DNA from: Candidatus Saccharimonadia bacterium
GTDB lineage: Bacteria; Patescibacteriota; Saccharimonadia; UBA4664
DNA length: 64,000 bases
Direction of reading: 5' to 3'
Assembly (NCBI GenBank): GCA_036488585.1
Contig: DASXHH010000014.1
Span: 2,410-66,409, forward strand
Shown: positions 8,829 to 17,863 of the stretch, one piece after another
Position numbering within the stretch: the first letter of the stretch is position 1
How the letters are laid out: each line of letters starts with the position of its first letter
Made by a program: the position numbers and the translations under genes
The notes under the pieces: model-generated
Told to the model about the DNA's origin: nothing
What the model saw: the letters and a program-made list of their open reading frames with translations, nothing else
The model's database searches: none

Positions 8829-10253
8829 CTAATCTCCTGCTTCTATATCGAAGTTCACGTTGCTGGTGTCAATGATACCTTGCAGAGTGTCTTTGGCTGA
8901 TTGCTCGACTTCGCCTGGGTCGACGCCGGGATAGGCGACGACATCGATGGTAAGCGGGGCGGTGAAGTTGCGTAGACCAATCTGGTAGTTGGGGGTGCCG
9001 ATGGGCAGGACGTCTTGGAGGGCGCTAAGGGTGCTAGAGACGGGTTGACCGTGTAGGCTCACTCGGAAGACGGCCTGGGGACGGCCGTTGTTGCTATTCA
9101 TGACATCGGAGGCGGTGAGGTACACGTACGCCCGGTCGGCGCTGACCGAGACTTCCTGGATGGAACGTTGGCCGGGGAGGGTGGCAATGAGACTTGAGGT
9201 ACCCGAGGACAGATTGTGGGACCAGAGTTTGCCAGCAGTTGAGTAGTACAAGGTGTTGTCGTTTTGCCAATCGCCAACGCTAACGGGATAAGGTTGGGGG
9301 AGGACGGCAACCTGCTTGAGCGAGGAGTCGAATAGTTCGGGGTATGAGCCGACTGAGAGGCTGATGTAACTGCCACTGGGTGACCACGAGGTGACACCGG
9401 TGAGTTTGTAGCCAAACTTCTTGGTGGTGGTTTTGCCGTCGGTAGTGATGACGGTGGCGGTACCGGGTTGCTGGTCGGAGCCGGGATTAATTACGAGTAC
9501 CTTTCCAGTGGCGGCTACCAACAGGCCGTGAGGTGAAAAATCACTCGAGATTTGCGAGAACCCGCCTGATTCGGTGCCGCGATAAACGTTGGCGCCGAGG
9601 CCGAGGTAAATGGTTTTGTCGGGTGCGATGGCGTAGGCCAGTTCGGGTCCGGTAACCGGAGTGCGCAGGGTATGGAAACTATTGCCGTTAATTACGTATA
9701 GTTGGCCAGATTTGTCTTGCGCTAGGCCGTACGTGGTAGTGGCCCAGGCCGCGGAAGTGAAGTACTGGTTCCCAGGGACGGGCGCATCGTGGTTGTCGGT
9801 GCCGATGAACTCGACAGTGTTGGTGTCGCCTGCGATGTAAATCAGACGCGAGCTGTCGGCGGCGAGATTATGGACGCTCTTGTAGAGTACTGGCTCGGTG
9901 GTGGCGACGCTAGACGGTGCGAGATTGAGATCATGGCTGGAGAGCCAGCCCACATTGACTAGCTGGTTGGTGGTGGCGCTTCCCTGCTCTACCGACACGA
10001 TGTAACTTCCGGTTTTAAGCCTGACTGTGGTCTGGCCGGTGGCTTTTTGGGCGATGGTAGGGTTGCCGGTGCTTGCACCCTGCTGAGGCAGCGACGAGAT
10101 GGTAATGTTGGCGACGCTACTGCCGGTGGTAACGGTGACCGTGCCGGTGGTAACGAAGCTCATGATGAGGCTGCCGGCGATGAGAATTGCGGCCAGCGCG
10201 CCGATCCAGCGGACCAGTTTTGGTAGGATGGTTCGAAGTGTATCGGGTGACAT
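8829..10253 (-). CDS. membrane-anchored beta-propeller-like protein (TolB/WD40-like repeats)
   Basis: N-terminal TM anchor (IGALAAILIAGSLIMSFV). Repeated about 40-aa units carry G-x-Y/V-x-hydrophobic patterns (LIYIAGDTNTV..., LYVINGNSF..., IYLGLGANVY...). Confidence 0.5.
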   Translation of the reverse strand: MSPDTLRTILPKLVRWIGALAAILIAGSLIMSFVTTGTVTVTTGSSVANITISSLPQQGASTGNPTIAQKATGQTTVRLKTGSYIVSVEQGSATTNQLVNVGWLSSHDLNLAPSSVATTEPVLYKSVHNLAADSSRLIYIAGDTNTVEFIGTDNHDAPVPGNQYFTSAAWATTTYGLAQDKSGQLYVINGNSFHTLRTPVTGPELAYAIAPDKTIYLGLGANVYRGTESGGFSQISSDFSPHGLLVAATGKVLVINPGSDQQPGTATVITTDGKTTTKKFGYKLTGVTSWSPSGSYISLSVGSYPELFDSSLKQVAVLPQPYPVSVGDWQNDNTLYYSTAGKLWSHNLSSGTSSLIATLPGQRSIQEVSVSADRAYVYLTASDVMNSNNGRPQAVFRVSLHGQPVSSTLSALQDVLPIGTPNYQIGLRNFTAPLTIDVVAYPGVDPGEVEQSAKDTLQGIIDTSNVNFDIEAGD

Positions 10254-10256
10254 GAT

Positions 10257-12593
10257 TTACGGTGCTCCTGCGCAAGTGGCGTCGGTGGTTTTACCTTTAG
10301 TGATTTTTTGGGCCCAGGCGTAGAAGGCTAGCATCATGTTTTTGGCCGCGGCGGATGGCGCGCAGTTGCCATTGATGCCCAGAATAAGGGCTTCAGTGTT
10401 GGGCTGCACACCTTGCTTGGCACTGCCGTCGGCGACGCCCCATTCGATGTTGCCGACGATGTTGTTATAGGGATTGGAAACAGCGGTGGCGATGGTGTCA
10501 CCGGCTTTAACGGCTTGGCCGGTTTTAACGGTGGGTTTGACGCCCTCGGTGAAGTACAAGCTTTGGGAATTGGGCAAGCCGACGTTACAGGGAGCTTTTA
10601 TGACAACCATGAGGCTTCCTTGCCAGCCGGTGGTAGGGCCAGCGAACTGGACGGTACCGTTCATGGGAGAGACGATCTTGTTGGTAAAGGTGCCGTCGTA
10701 ACCCATGTCGAGCCGGTTGGGAGCCCAACCGTCGGGGAACGGATTGACCAGGGTACCCGAGCAGGTGGCGATGCCGGGGGCGGTGGCGCAGGTTTCGGTA
10801 CCGGTTTTGCTGGGGCTGGGCACGAAGGCGTCGAGGAGGGAGAGGGCGTTTTGAGTGTTAACCTTGAGAGCTTTGGCTTTAGCGATGGCCGAGTCGAGGG
10901 TGCCATCACTGGTGTACTTCTCGAGCGGGGCGTCGACGCCGGCGGCAAGCGCTTGGGCCAAGGCTTGGTCTGGTGGCAGGCCAACGCCGGTAGCGATGAG
11001 GTCGTCGGTCATGACAAGACCGCTAAAACCGTATTTGTTGCGGAGTAGGCTGACGGCGGCGGGGCTGGTGCTGGCGACGGTGCCAGGGGCGGTGAGGCCG
11101 GGGACGTGGGCGTTGTCTAGCATGACGCCACTACCGGTACCGGTTTGGGTCTGCTGCAGAAGCTGTGGGTATGGCAGTAGATCAGTGGCTTCTAACTGGC
11201 TGAGGGGGGGCGACGTAACGGATCCAGAGTCGGTATTACCCGTGGAACTACCGAGACCGGGGAAGTGCTTGAATACCGGATTGATACCGCCGGCGGTGAG
11301 GCCGTTGGCGAAGTCCTGGGCTTTAGTTGTAACGGTGACATAGTTGGTGCCGAAGGTACGGCCGGGCTGCTGATGGAAGTCGGAGTTGTTACCGGTGCCG
11401 ATGTCGACCACGGGAGCCAGGTCGGTGTTGATGCCCCAGCCGACCAGTTGCTTAGCGACATTTTGGGCAATGTTTGTCACCTGGGTATCGTTCATTGTGC
11501 TCATGACTCCGGCGTTGGGGAAGTCGGGGAACTGTGAAGAGTAGTTGTATTTATACCGCTTAAAGAGGCCCTCCTCGTCGCTGGCGGTAATGATGGGGTG
11601 ACCAGCGTCTACGGCGAGCGCGTCGAAGAACGGTTTGGTAAACCCGGCGGCGGCGGCGTCGGTGGTATTTAAGACGTATATACCGGCGGGCTTGTACTTT
11701 TTGAAGACGGCTTCGATGGCGGACTTGTTGGTGTTGGCGTCGAAGCCGAGGACGAAGGTGCCCGAGATGGCCTGGTCACCCGAGAGAGAGGTGAAGGTGC
11801 CGTTGGTGGCTGCCGCGGCATTGGGGCAGCAGGCATCGTTACCGCTACTCCCATTCGAACCACTCGAGCCAGTTGAGCCGCTAGAACCGCCTGAGCTGCC
11901 ACTGGAATTGGTGTCGCCGGCGTTCGGCCAGTTGTGGGCTTTGGCGTAGGCTAGGATTTGGTCGGCGTATGCGCCGCGGGGGCCAACGGTTGGTCCAGCC
12001 TTGGCATGTTCAAAATCATTTAGCCAGATGTTGGCAACCGTTTCGGCGGCATTGTTGTCGTTACCGGAGACGGCTTTAATCTTGGCAATGGTGTTGCCCC
12101 CCCCTGCCCACTGGCCGTTACCCTGGGCCTCCCAGTAGGCAATTTGAAGCTCTGATGCAATATCGTAGACGGGACCAGTAACGCCGGCGCCTTTGACGTC
12201 GAGCAACACTTTAGCACCCGGGGTCCACTGCACTAACCCCCAACCGCCGCCACCGGCATCGCTGGGGTTATTTGAGTTTCCACCGCCCTGGATGATGGTG
12301 GGGTCGAAGCCAGATTCCTGCTGGATGTTACCCATGATGCCTGCGGCTTCCGCACCGGTGAAGCCTTTGCCAACGAGCCAGTTCCAGATCTTCATTTCGT
12401 TGTCGCTGCCCTGGGCGGAGCTGGAGCTGGTATCTGGAGTGCTATTGCTGGCACAGCCATCATTCGGGTCGTAGAACATAGTGTCGCTGTGGACGGCGTA
12501 ATGATCGTGGGCGGCGGCGCCCAGGGTGGCTTCGGGCATAAGGACGCAAGCCAACATGGCGGTAATGCTGATTAGGCGGCGAAGCGTGTTCAC
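10257..12593 (-). CDS. secreted three-domain cell-wall hydrolase: lysozyme-like N-domain, GH3 (NagZ-like) domain, degenerate M23/LytM-like C-domain
   Basis: Signal peptide present. The N-domain motif AAGIMGNIQQESGF is muramidase-like. The middle domain has FKHFPGLG ... GFSGLVMTDDL, matching the GH3/NagZ KHFPGHG and FxGxVxSD signatures. The C-terminal beta domain has LytM-like topology but no His motif. Gly/Ser-rich linkers separate the domains. Confidence 0.6.
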   Translation of the reverse strand: MNTLRRLISITAMLACVLMPEATLGAAAHDHYAVHSDTMFYDPNDGCASNSTPDTSSSSAQGSDNEMKIWNWLVGKGFTGAEAAGIMGNIQQESGFDPTIIQGGGNSNNPSDAGGGGWGLVQWTPGAKVLLDVKGAGVTGPVYDIASELQIAYWEAQGNGQWAGGGNTIAKIKAVSGNDNNAAETVANIWLNDFEHAKAGPTVGPRGAYADQILAYAKAHNWPNAGDTNSSGSSGGSSGSTGSSGSNGSSGNDACCPNAAAATNGTFTSLSGDQAISGTFVLGFDANTNKSAIEAVFKKYKPAGIYVLNTTDAAAAGFTKPFFDALAVDAGHPIITASDEEGLFKRYKYNYSSQFPDFPNAGVMSTMNDTQVTNIAQNVAKQLVGWGINTDLAPVVDIGTGNNSDFHQQPGRTFGTNYVTVTTKAQDFANGLTAGGINPVFKHFPGLGSSTGNTDSGSVTSPPLSQLEATDLLPYPQLLQQTQTGTGSGVMLDNAHVPGLTAPGTVASTSPAAVSLLRNKYGFSGLVMTDDLIATGVGLPPDQALAQALAAGVDAPLEKYTSDGTLDSAIAKAKALKVNTQNALSLLDAFVPSPSKTGTETCATAPGIATCSGTLVNPFPDGWAPNRLDMGYDGTFTNKIVSPMNGTVQFAGPTTGWQGSLMVVIKAPCNVGLPNSQSLYFTEGVKPTVKTGQAVKAGDTIATAVSNPYNNIVGNIEWGVADGSAKQGVQPNTEALILGINGNCAPSAAAKNMMLAFYAWAQKITKGKTTDATCAGAP

Positions 12594-15160
12594 GGTGAGT
12601 TCAGTCCCCCATCATCGGCGTTGGTGAAATCTGAATTCATGGACTGGAGGTTGGCGAGGTCGAGGCGGCAAAGGTTGGCGTGGACTTGGTCGGGAGGTGT
12701 GTGGGGCGGATCGACAGCTGGGCAGTCGTCGAGGCTCATTTCGCCGAGCTTAACATCGAGCTTGCCGAGGCGCTGCTGGGCGCTTTGGTAAGCTTTAGCA
12801 AGGGCGGCGCCATTGTCGTTTTGACTGAGGTCTTGGTCGGTGTAGCCCCACTCGTTGAGGCCGTAATCGCGGCTGGGATCGTCGTAAGTGGCCTGGGCGC
12901 TGCCAACGCCGAGCAGCTGGAAGAGTGGCGCGAGCATTTGGTAAGGGCGAGCGCCAATGGCTGCCATGTAGTCGGCGCCGTCACTGAGTGCGCCGGCGGG
13001 CGTTACTGGGGCCTGCAGGGCCAGGACGTTTACGAGTGAGCGAGGGTTGTCGGCGGAGAAGAGGCGGTCACTGAGACTAAGCTTGCGGTTGGTAATGCCT
13101 TGTTCTGTGGCCACTTCTTGGTCGATCTGGACGGCTTGCGGGGCGCTAAGCATATGGCCGCCCATCCAGCGGGCGAAGTCCATACCAGCAACGGTGCCGC
13201 CAGCGTCGATTTGGTTAAACAGGTCGGCGCCGGTTTCGGTGCCATCCACGGCTGGTCCAACCAGTTTGATCAAGAGTTCAGCCAGGACTTGGCCAATGTG
13301 AGCCATTAGCCAGTCAATGGCGCTACCAAGAGGCGGGATGGCAATCTTAATGGCATCAACGATAAGGTTGAAGATGGCGCCGATGACACTATTGATGGCG
13401 CCCCAAATAATTCCTAGCGAGTGGTACCAGAGTTCCATAGCGTAATGGAAACCGATAGATCCAATGAGCGGATCGTAGGTTATAAATGACCGGTACCAGT
13501 CTTGGATGGGATGTTGGGTTTCATTGATGGAGCGGGAGTTGACCTCCTCGGTTACGCCGCCGTTGCCGTCGCTGACGCAGGTGAGTGACTGGTTGGAGGG
13601 GTCGCACTTGTCGGTGTTAGCGCCGATCTGGGCAGTGCCGTAGATATACTTGGAGGCTTCGGACTTTTCGGTGCCGTCGAGCATGCCCATGGTGGCATTG
13701 AATTCGTCGCCGGAGACGGTGTTACCGTCGTTGTGGTTGTCGTTGATGGTGCCCCAGAGGAAGAATTCGCCGGCGTATTGGACTTTGTGAATGTTTACGA
13801 GCACTTTATCTGCGGTGCCATACCAGAAGAAGTGATCGATACGGGAGGCGATGTCGATGGCGGAGACTAAGATAAGCGGACCCTTGGCGGCGGCGAAAGC
13901 GGTGGTGATACTCTGCGTGATTTCCGGAGCCAGGAACTTGGACAAAAGCCGGCTAAAAACGCGGCCGGGAAGGACGTGATCTGCTACTTTATTGTAGATG
14001 TCCTTGGCTTTTTGAGTCGCAGTGGTGTTGCTGTCGCTGGCGGCACTGGTGACATCGCCGTCGTGAGTGGTGCCGTTGGGGTCGGCGGTTACATCGCTGA
14101 CACCGGTGCGGTCTTGGGCATTGGGGTTGCCTTCGTCGGTGGGGCAGTCCGCGCCCCCACCAGTGACGGCACCGAGGGCACATTTAACGGCCGAGACAAG
14201 ACCGCTGGCAAAGCGGGCACCGGCTTTATCTATTCGTTCACTAGTAACTTCCTTCTCGGCGTCGGGGCCGGTCTTTTTACTAAAAAATTTCCAGTCCTTG
14301 ACGCTATAAAGAACCGTAGCCATTTTGCGTAGCGGATTTCGTTCGAGATACTGGAGGTTGTGAACCTGGGTGGTAAACTTGTCGCCTAGCGCGCCTACTA
14401 CTTTGGGATCGTCAATGGAGCCGATGTGAACATTGTCTTGGTAGAGGTGGATGGTGCCACCTTCTTTTTTGGCGACCAGGCGCTGCTGATTGGCCAGTTG
14501 TTTTTCGAGACTGTCCCCGCCGTCCGGGGGTTTGCGCCAATTGCGCATGAGTTGCTTTTCAGGCTCGCTGAAGTTGGAGATTTCTTTTTCGAAGGCGGCG
14601 TCGTCGTTGCCGACACTGGCTTTCAAATACGACTTGAGGAGCTGGCGAGGGCCAAATATGCGCTTCACCACATAGTGCTTAATACGGGCTTCAATCCGGT
14701 GCTTGAGAATGTTCTTCATCATGGACTCGAGTTTGAACGGCACCAGCGACATGAAGCCGCCGGCCATAATGCCGGAGACGATGACGGCGATGATTACATA
14801 GGTGAGGGGCTTCTTGCGCCGGCCAACGCCGGCGCTGAACTGGGACAAGCGGCTGGATGAGCTGGTGGTACCGCCGGACTTGGACGATCCCGGACCCGAG
14901 CCAGCGGTAGCGGTGGGGGCAGCGGTCTTGGTGCCACCAGATGCGTCCGCCGAGCTGCTATTCTGGTTGTTGTCGTCCTTGGGGCGGCTCTTGATTTTGC
15001 CTTCGGAGGCGTTTTCTACGGTGTTGCCGGCTTGGGCTGAAGAGGCGTTGGTAGGATCGTTGGCGTAGGCTTCAATTTGATCAAATTCAGCATCAGAAAC
15101 TTGCCCGTCCGAAACGCGCTCGTCACCCTGAAGGTCGCCGGGATTAGTCAGCGTTGCCAT
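12590..15160 (-). CDS. 856-aa single-pass membrane protein of the T4SS-like operon, function unknown
   Basis: Acidic, low-complexity N-terminus, one TM helix (LTYVIIAVIVSGIMAGGF) and a large extracytoplasmic region with a second hydrophobic stretch. No recognisable domain. Confidence 0.5.
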   Translation of the reverse strand: MATLTNPGDLQGDERVSDGQVSDAEFDQIEAYANDPTNASSAQAGNTVENASEGKIKSRPKDDNNQNSSSADASGGTKTAAPTATAGSGPGSSKSGGTTSSSSRLSQFSAGVGRRKKPLTYVIIAVIVSGIMAGGFMSLVPFKLESMMKNILKHRIEARIKHYVVKRIFGPRQLLKSYLKASVGNDDAAFEKEISNFSEPEKQLMRNWRKPPDGGDSLEKQLANQQRLVAKKEGGTIHLYQDNVHIGSIDDPKVVGALGDKFTTQVHNLQYLERNPLRKMATVLYSVKDWKFFSKKTGPDAEKEVTSERIDKAGARFASGLVSAVKCALGAVTGGGADCPTDEGNPNAQDRTGVSDVTADPNGTTHDGDVTSAASDSNTTATQKAKDIYNKVADHVLPGRVFSRLLSKFLAPEITQSITTAFAAAKGPLILVSAIDIASRIDHFFWYGTADKVLVNIHKVQYAGEFFLWGTINDNHNDGNTVSGDEFNATMGMLDGTEKSEASKYIYGTAQIGANTDKCDPSNQSLTCVSDGNGGVTEEVNSRSINETQHPIQDWYRSFITYDPLIGSIGFHYAMELWYHSLGIIWGAINSVIGAIFNLIVDAIKIAIPPLGSAIDWLMAHIGQVLAELLIKLVGPAVDGTETGADLFNQIDAGGTVAGMDFARWMGGHMLSAPQAVQIDQEVATEQGITNRKLSLSDRLFSADNPRSLVNVLALQAPVTPAGALSDGADYMAAIGARPYQMLAPLFQLLGVGSAQATYDDPSRDYGLNEWGYTDQDLSQNDNGAALAKAYQSAQQRLGKLDVKLGEMSLDDCPAVDPPHTPPDQVHANLCRLDLANLQSMNSDFTNADDGGLNSP

Positions 15161-15232
15161 GTCACCTCATAACGCTCATGGTTATTGTAAGTTTACATGG
15201 CTCTAAGTGGCCAGTAAAGCGCGTTGGGCGGA

Positions 15233-17113
15233 TTAGGCGCTGGTGGCTTGGCGCTCTTTTTCCTCGGCGGCGGCTTGCTCGGCACGAGCGGCGGCGAGGG
15301 CTTCGGGGTTGGTGGAGATGAGTCCGGCTTCGGTCTCAGAGGCCAGGATGCGAATGATGACGTGGTTGAGTCCGGCGAAGAAGAGTCCCTCGCCCACTGG
15401 GAATTGGCTTAAGCGGTTTCGTTCCTCGGAGGTAAGTTTGAAAGTTTCGGCCACGATGTCGACGGCGGATGGCGCCTGTTTGAGTAGGAGTTGCAGTGAG
15501 GAGTTGGCTACAACGGCTCGGCCCATTTTGCTGGACAGGAAGTCTTCCACGTCCTGGGAGATGGTGGTGACGCCGAGGTAGTACTTACGGGCGCGCTTGG
15601 CCAGCGAGAACATAAAAGCGGCGGAATCCTCGTATTTCATGAGCTGCCAGGCCTCGTCCACGATGAGCATGCGCTTGCGGCGGTCGGATTTAACCTTGTT
15701 CCAGATGTAATTGAGCACAATGTACATGCCGACCGGGCGGAGCTGGTCTTCGAGGTCGCGGATGTTGAAGACCAGGAACGGGTTGTCGAGTTTGACATTG
15801 GATTGCTCGGAGAAGATGCCGGAAAACGTACCGGTGGTGTACTGACGTAGGCGTTGAGCCAAGCCGGGGCCGTTGCCGGTCATGGAGGCCAGGGTGTTGT
15901 AGAGATCGTTCATGGTGGGTGGAGTGGCGTTGTGCGTGAGTGGGTCCTTGGTGATGCCGGCACGCGCGTAGGTATTGATGATGGCGACGTCGAGGTCGGC
16001 GTCTTCGGCTGGGGTGAGCGGCTGGAAGACCATTTGGCCGCTGGTGGAGGCACCACCCATCATGAGGCGCAGGAGACCGTGGAGCGAGATGATATTGGCC
16101 TGGAGGGCGTTGTCGGCCTCGTCCTGGTCGTAAACCTGTGGTAGGTCAAATGGGTTGATGCGCGTCTGGGACGCTAGAGACAGGCGCAAATAGCTGCCGC
16201 CAACGGCTTCGCAGAGGGTGCGGTACTCGTCTTCGGGGTCGATAACGATGATTTCGGAGCCCATCATAAGGCTACGGAGGGCTTCGAGCTTGATGGCGAA
16301 CGATTTACCGGCACCGGACTTGGCGAACACGACCATGTTGGCGTTTTCGAGCGTGAATCGGTCGAAGAGAACGAGGCCGTTGTTGTGGCGGTTGAGACCG
16401 TAGAGGATGCCCTCGTTGCGCGAGAGCTCGGCGGAGGTGAACGGGAAGGTGGTGGAGAGCGCGCCGGTGTTCATGTTGCGCGAGATCTGGAGCTGGTCGG
16501 TCATGACAGGTGTGGTGGAGTTGAAGCCCTGCTCCATCTGCATGGTGGAAGGCTTGGTGTAAACCAGCGATTGGCCGAAGATACCCTCGATTTTGCGCGT
16601 CACCTGGGTGAGCTGATCGAGAGTTTCGGCGTACATGGTGAGATACATACCAAAGCGGAAGAAGCGCTCCTCCCCTACCTGCAGTTTGTCGCGCAATTCC
16701 TCGGCGTCCTGGATGGCGGCTTCGAGTCCGGGGTCGCGGACCTTGCCCTTCTCTTGGTTGATGGTGTACGAGGCTTCGAGCTGGCCCATTTTGCGGCGGA
16801 GATTGTTAAGTACCACCTGGGATTCCACTGGATAAATAAACAGAGAGATATCGATGATTTCATCAAGGTTGATGATGGGACTGAGCCAGCCCGTGAAGAC
16901 TTGTCGCGGGTAGCCGTAAACGTAGATGGTTTTGCAGAAACGCTTGCCGAGGCGGAGGTGACCGGATTCGATTTCGAGGCTGGGCGGCGCGATGAGGTCG
17001 CGCATAGTGACAATGCCTTGGCGGTAGATGAGCTCGGCTTCGCGCTGCTCGTTGGTACGCTGCATTTGCGCGATTTGCTCAGGCGTTAAGGCTGCTTGCT
17101 TCTTTTTAGCCAT
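15233..17113 (-). CDS. VirB4/TrbE-family T4SS ATPase (ATPase-bearing ORF of a split VirB4)
   Basis: Walker A (VVFAKSGAGKSF), the VirB4 motif IVIDPEDEY and Walker B (MLIVDEAWQLM). The N-terminal part matches the VirB4 mid-region (YVYGYPRQVFTGWLSPI). Confidence 0.8.
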   Translation of the reverse strand: MAKKKQAALTPEQIAQMQRTNEQREAELIYRQGIVTMRDLIAPPSLEIESGHLRLGKRFCKTIYVYGYPRQVFTGWLSPIINLDEIIDISLFIYPVESQVVLNNLRRKMGQLEASYTINQEKGKVRDPGLEAAIQDAEELRDKLQVGEERFFRFGMYLTMYAETLDQLTQVTRKIEGIFGQSLVYTKPSTMQMEQGFNSTTPVMTDQLQISRNMNTGALSTTFPFTSAELSRNEGILYGLNRHNNGLVLFDRFTLENANMVVFAKSGAGKSFAIKLEALRSLMMGSEIIVIDPEDEYRTLCEAVGGSYLRLSLASQTRINPFDLPQVYDQDEADNALQANIISLHGLLRLMMGGASTSGQMVFQPLTPAEDADLDVAIINTYARAGITKDPLTHNATPPTMNDLYNTLASMTGNGPGLAQRLRQYTTGTFSGIFSEQSNVKLDNPFLVFNIRDLEDQLRPVGMYIVLNYIWNKVKSDRRKRMLIVDEAWQLMKYEDSAAFMFSLAKRARKYYLGVTTISQDVEDFLSSKMGRAVVANSSLQLLLKQAPSAVDIVAETFKLTSEERNRLSQFPVGEGLFFAGLNHVIIRILASETEAGLISTNPEALAAARAEQAAAEEKERQATSA

Positions 17114-17128
17114 TGATTACTCCCATAG

Positions 17129-17863
17129 CTAGACTGGCGCTCCCGGTAGTGGCCCGCGAGGTGCATTCCCCTCCCCTTTTTGGACCACGGGGGTGACGAG
17201 CTGGGAGGCATCGATGAGTTTCTGGTTGGCGGCAACGTCGGGGTTGTACCACATGTAGTAAAGGTCGACGAGCTCTTGGGAGCCGAGAGAAATGGCCCGG
17301 ATGCCCATTTGACTCATGCCGTTGGCGACGAGGGCCATGCGCTGTGACAGTTCCTGCTTATACTTACGGAAATCTTCCTCGGCTACGGTGATGACTGGGG
17401 TGGGCTCAAAAGCGGCCTTGAGACCCTCGAGGAGGCCGATTTTTTTCTGTTCCATAAGGGGCGGGAAGTACGGCACCACAACGTAGAATTGCTTGTCCAT
17501 AATGTTGACCTCTTGGAGGAGGGATTGGATGTTTTGGATGTAGTCGTCCATAAGGGCGCCGAGGAGCTCGTTGGGTTGCTCACCGCGCAGGGCTTGGAGC
17601 TTCGCCATATAACTGGAGAGGTCGATGTGTTGGCTCTTAATGACTATTTGGACGGGGAAGTGAAGCGAGTTGAGGAAGCCCTGGTAGGCGTACTCGACAG
17701 CCTCTTGCTCGGATTGGTTCATGAGGTCGAAATTGATGGCACTGCCGAGGATGACGCCGCGCAGAGAGCCGTCGTGCATCACTACAACGCCATCCTTGAT
17801 CTCGGAGATCAGGAGGGAATTTTGGGTACTTTTGCCTGATTGGGCGCTGGTATCAGCTGGCAT
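17129..17863 (-). CDS. stand-alone VirB4 N-terminal (CagE/TrbE/VirB-type) domain protein
   Basis: LISEIKDGVVVMHDGSLRGVILGSAINFDLMNQSEQEAVEYAYQGFLNSLHFPVQIVIKS mirrors the first about 200 aa of VirB4 proteins. It ends 16 nt before the ATPase ORF, which has its own RBS (GGGAG) and is in a different frame. The start is placed at ATG 17863; the ORF track extends to 17935. Confidence 0.55.
   Translation of the reverse strand: MPADTSAQSGKSTQNSLLISEIKDGVVVMHDGSLRGVILGSAINFDLMNQSEQEAVEYAYQGFLNSLHFPVQIVIKSQHIDLSSYMAKLQALRGEQPNELLGALMDDYIQNIQSLLQEVNIMDKQFYVVVPYFPPLMEQKKIGLLEGLKAAFEPTPVITVAEEDFRKYKQELSQRMALVANGMSQMGIRAISLGSQELVDLYYMWYNPDVAANQKLIDASQLVTPVVQKGEGNAPRGPLPGAPV

Noticed and set aside
10413-11048. 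Long plus-strand ORFs (211 aa and others such as 10855-11343 and 11265-11537) antisense to the hydrolase gene
   Set aside because: Gly/Ala/Val-rich translation typical of the antisense frame of a high-GC gene. No RBS. Fully nested in a strongly supported minus-strand CDS.
17113-17129. Calling the split VirB4 a pseudogene
   Set aside because: Both parts retain intact motifs, the downstream part has its own RBS and ATG, and there are no internal stops. I reported them as two CDSs and flagged the alternative frameshift explanation in the findings instead.
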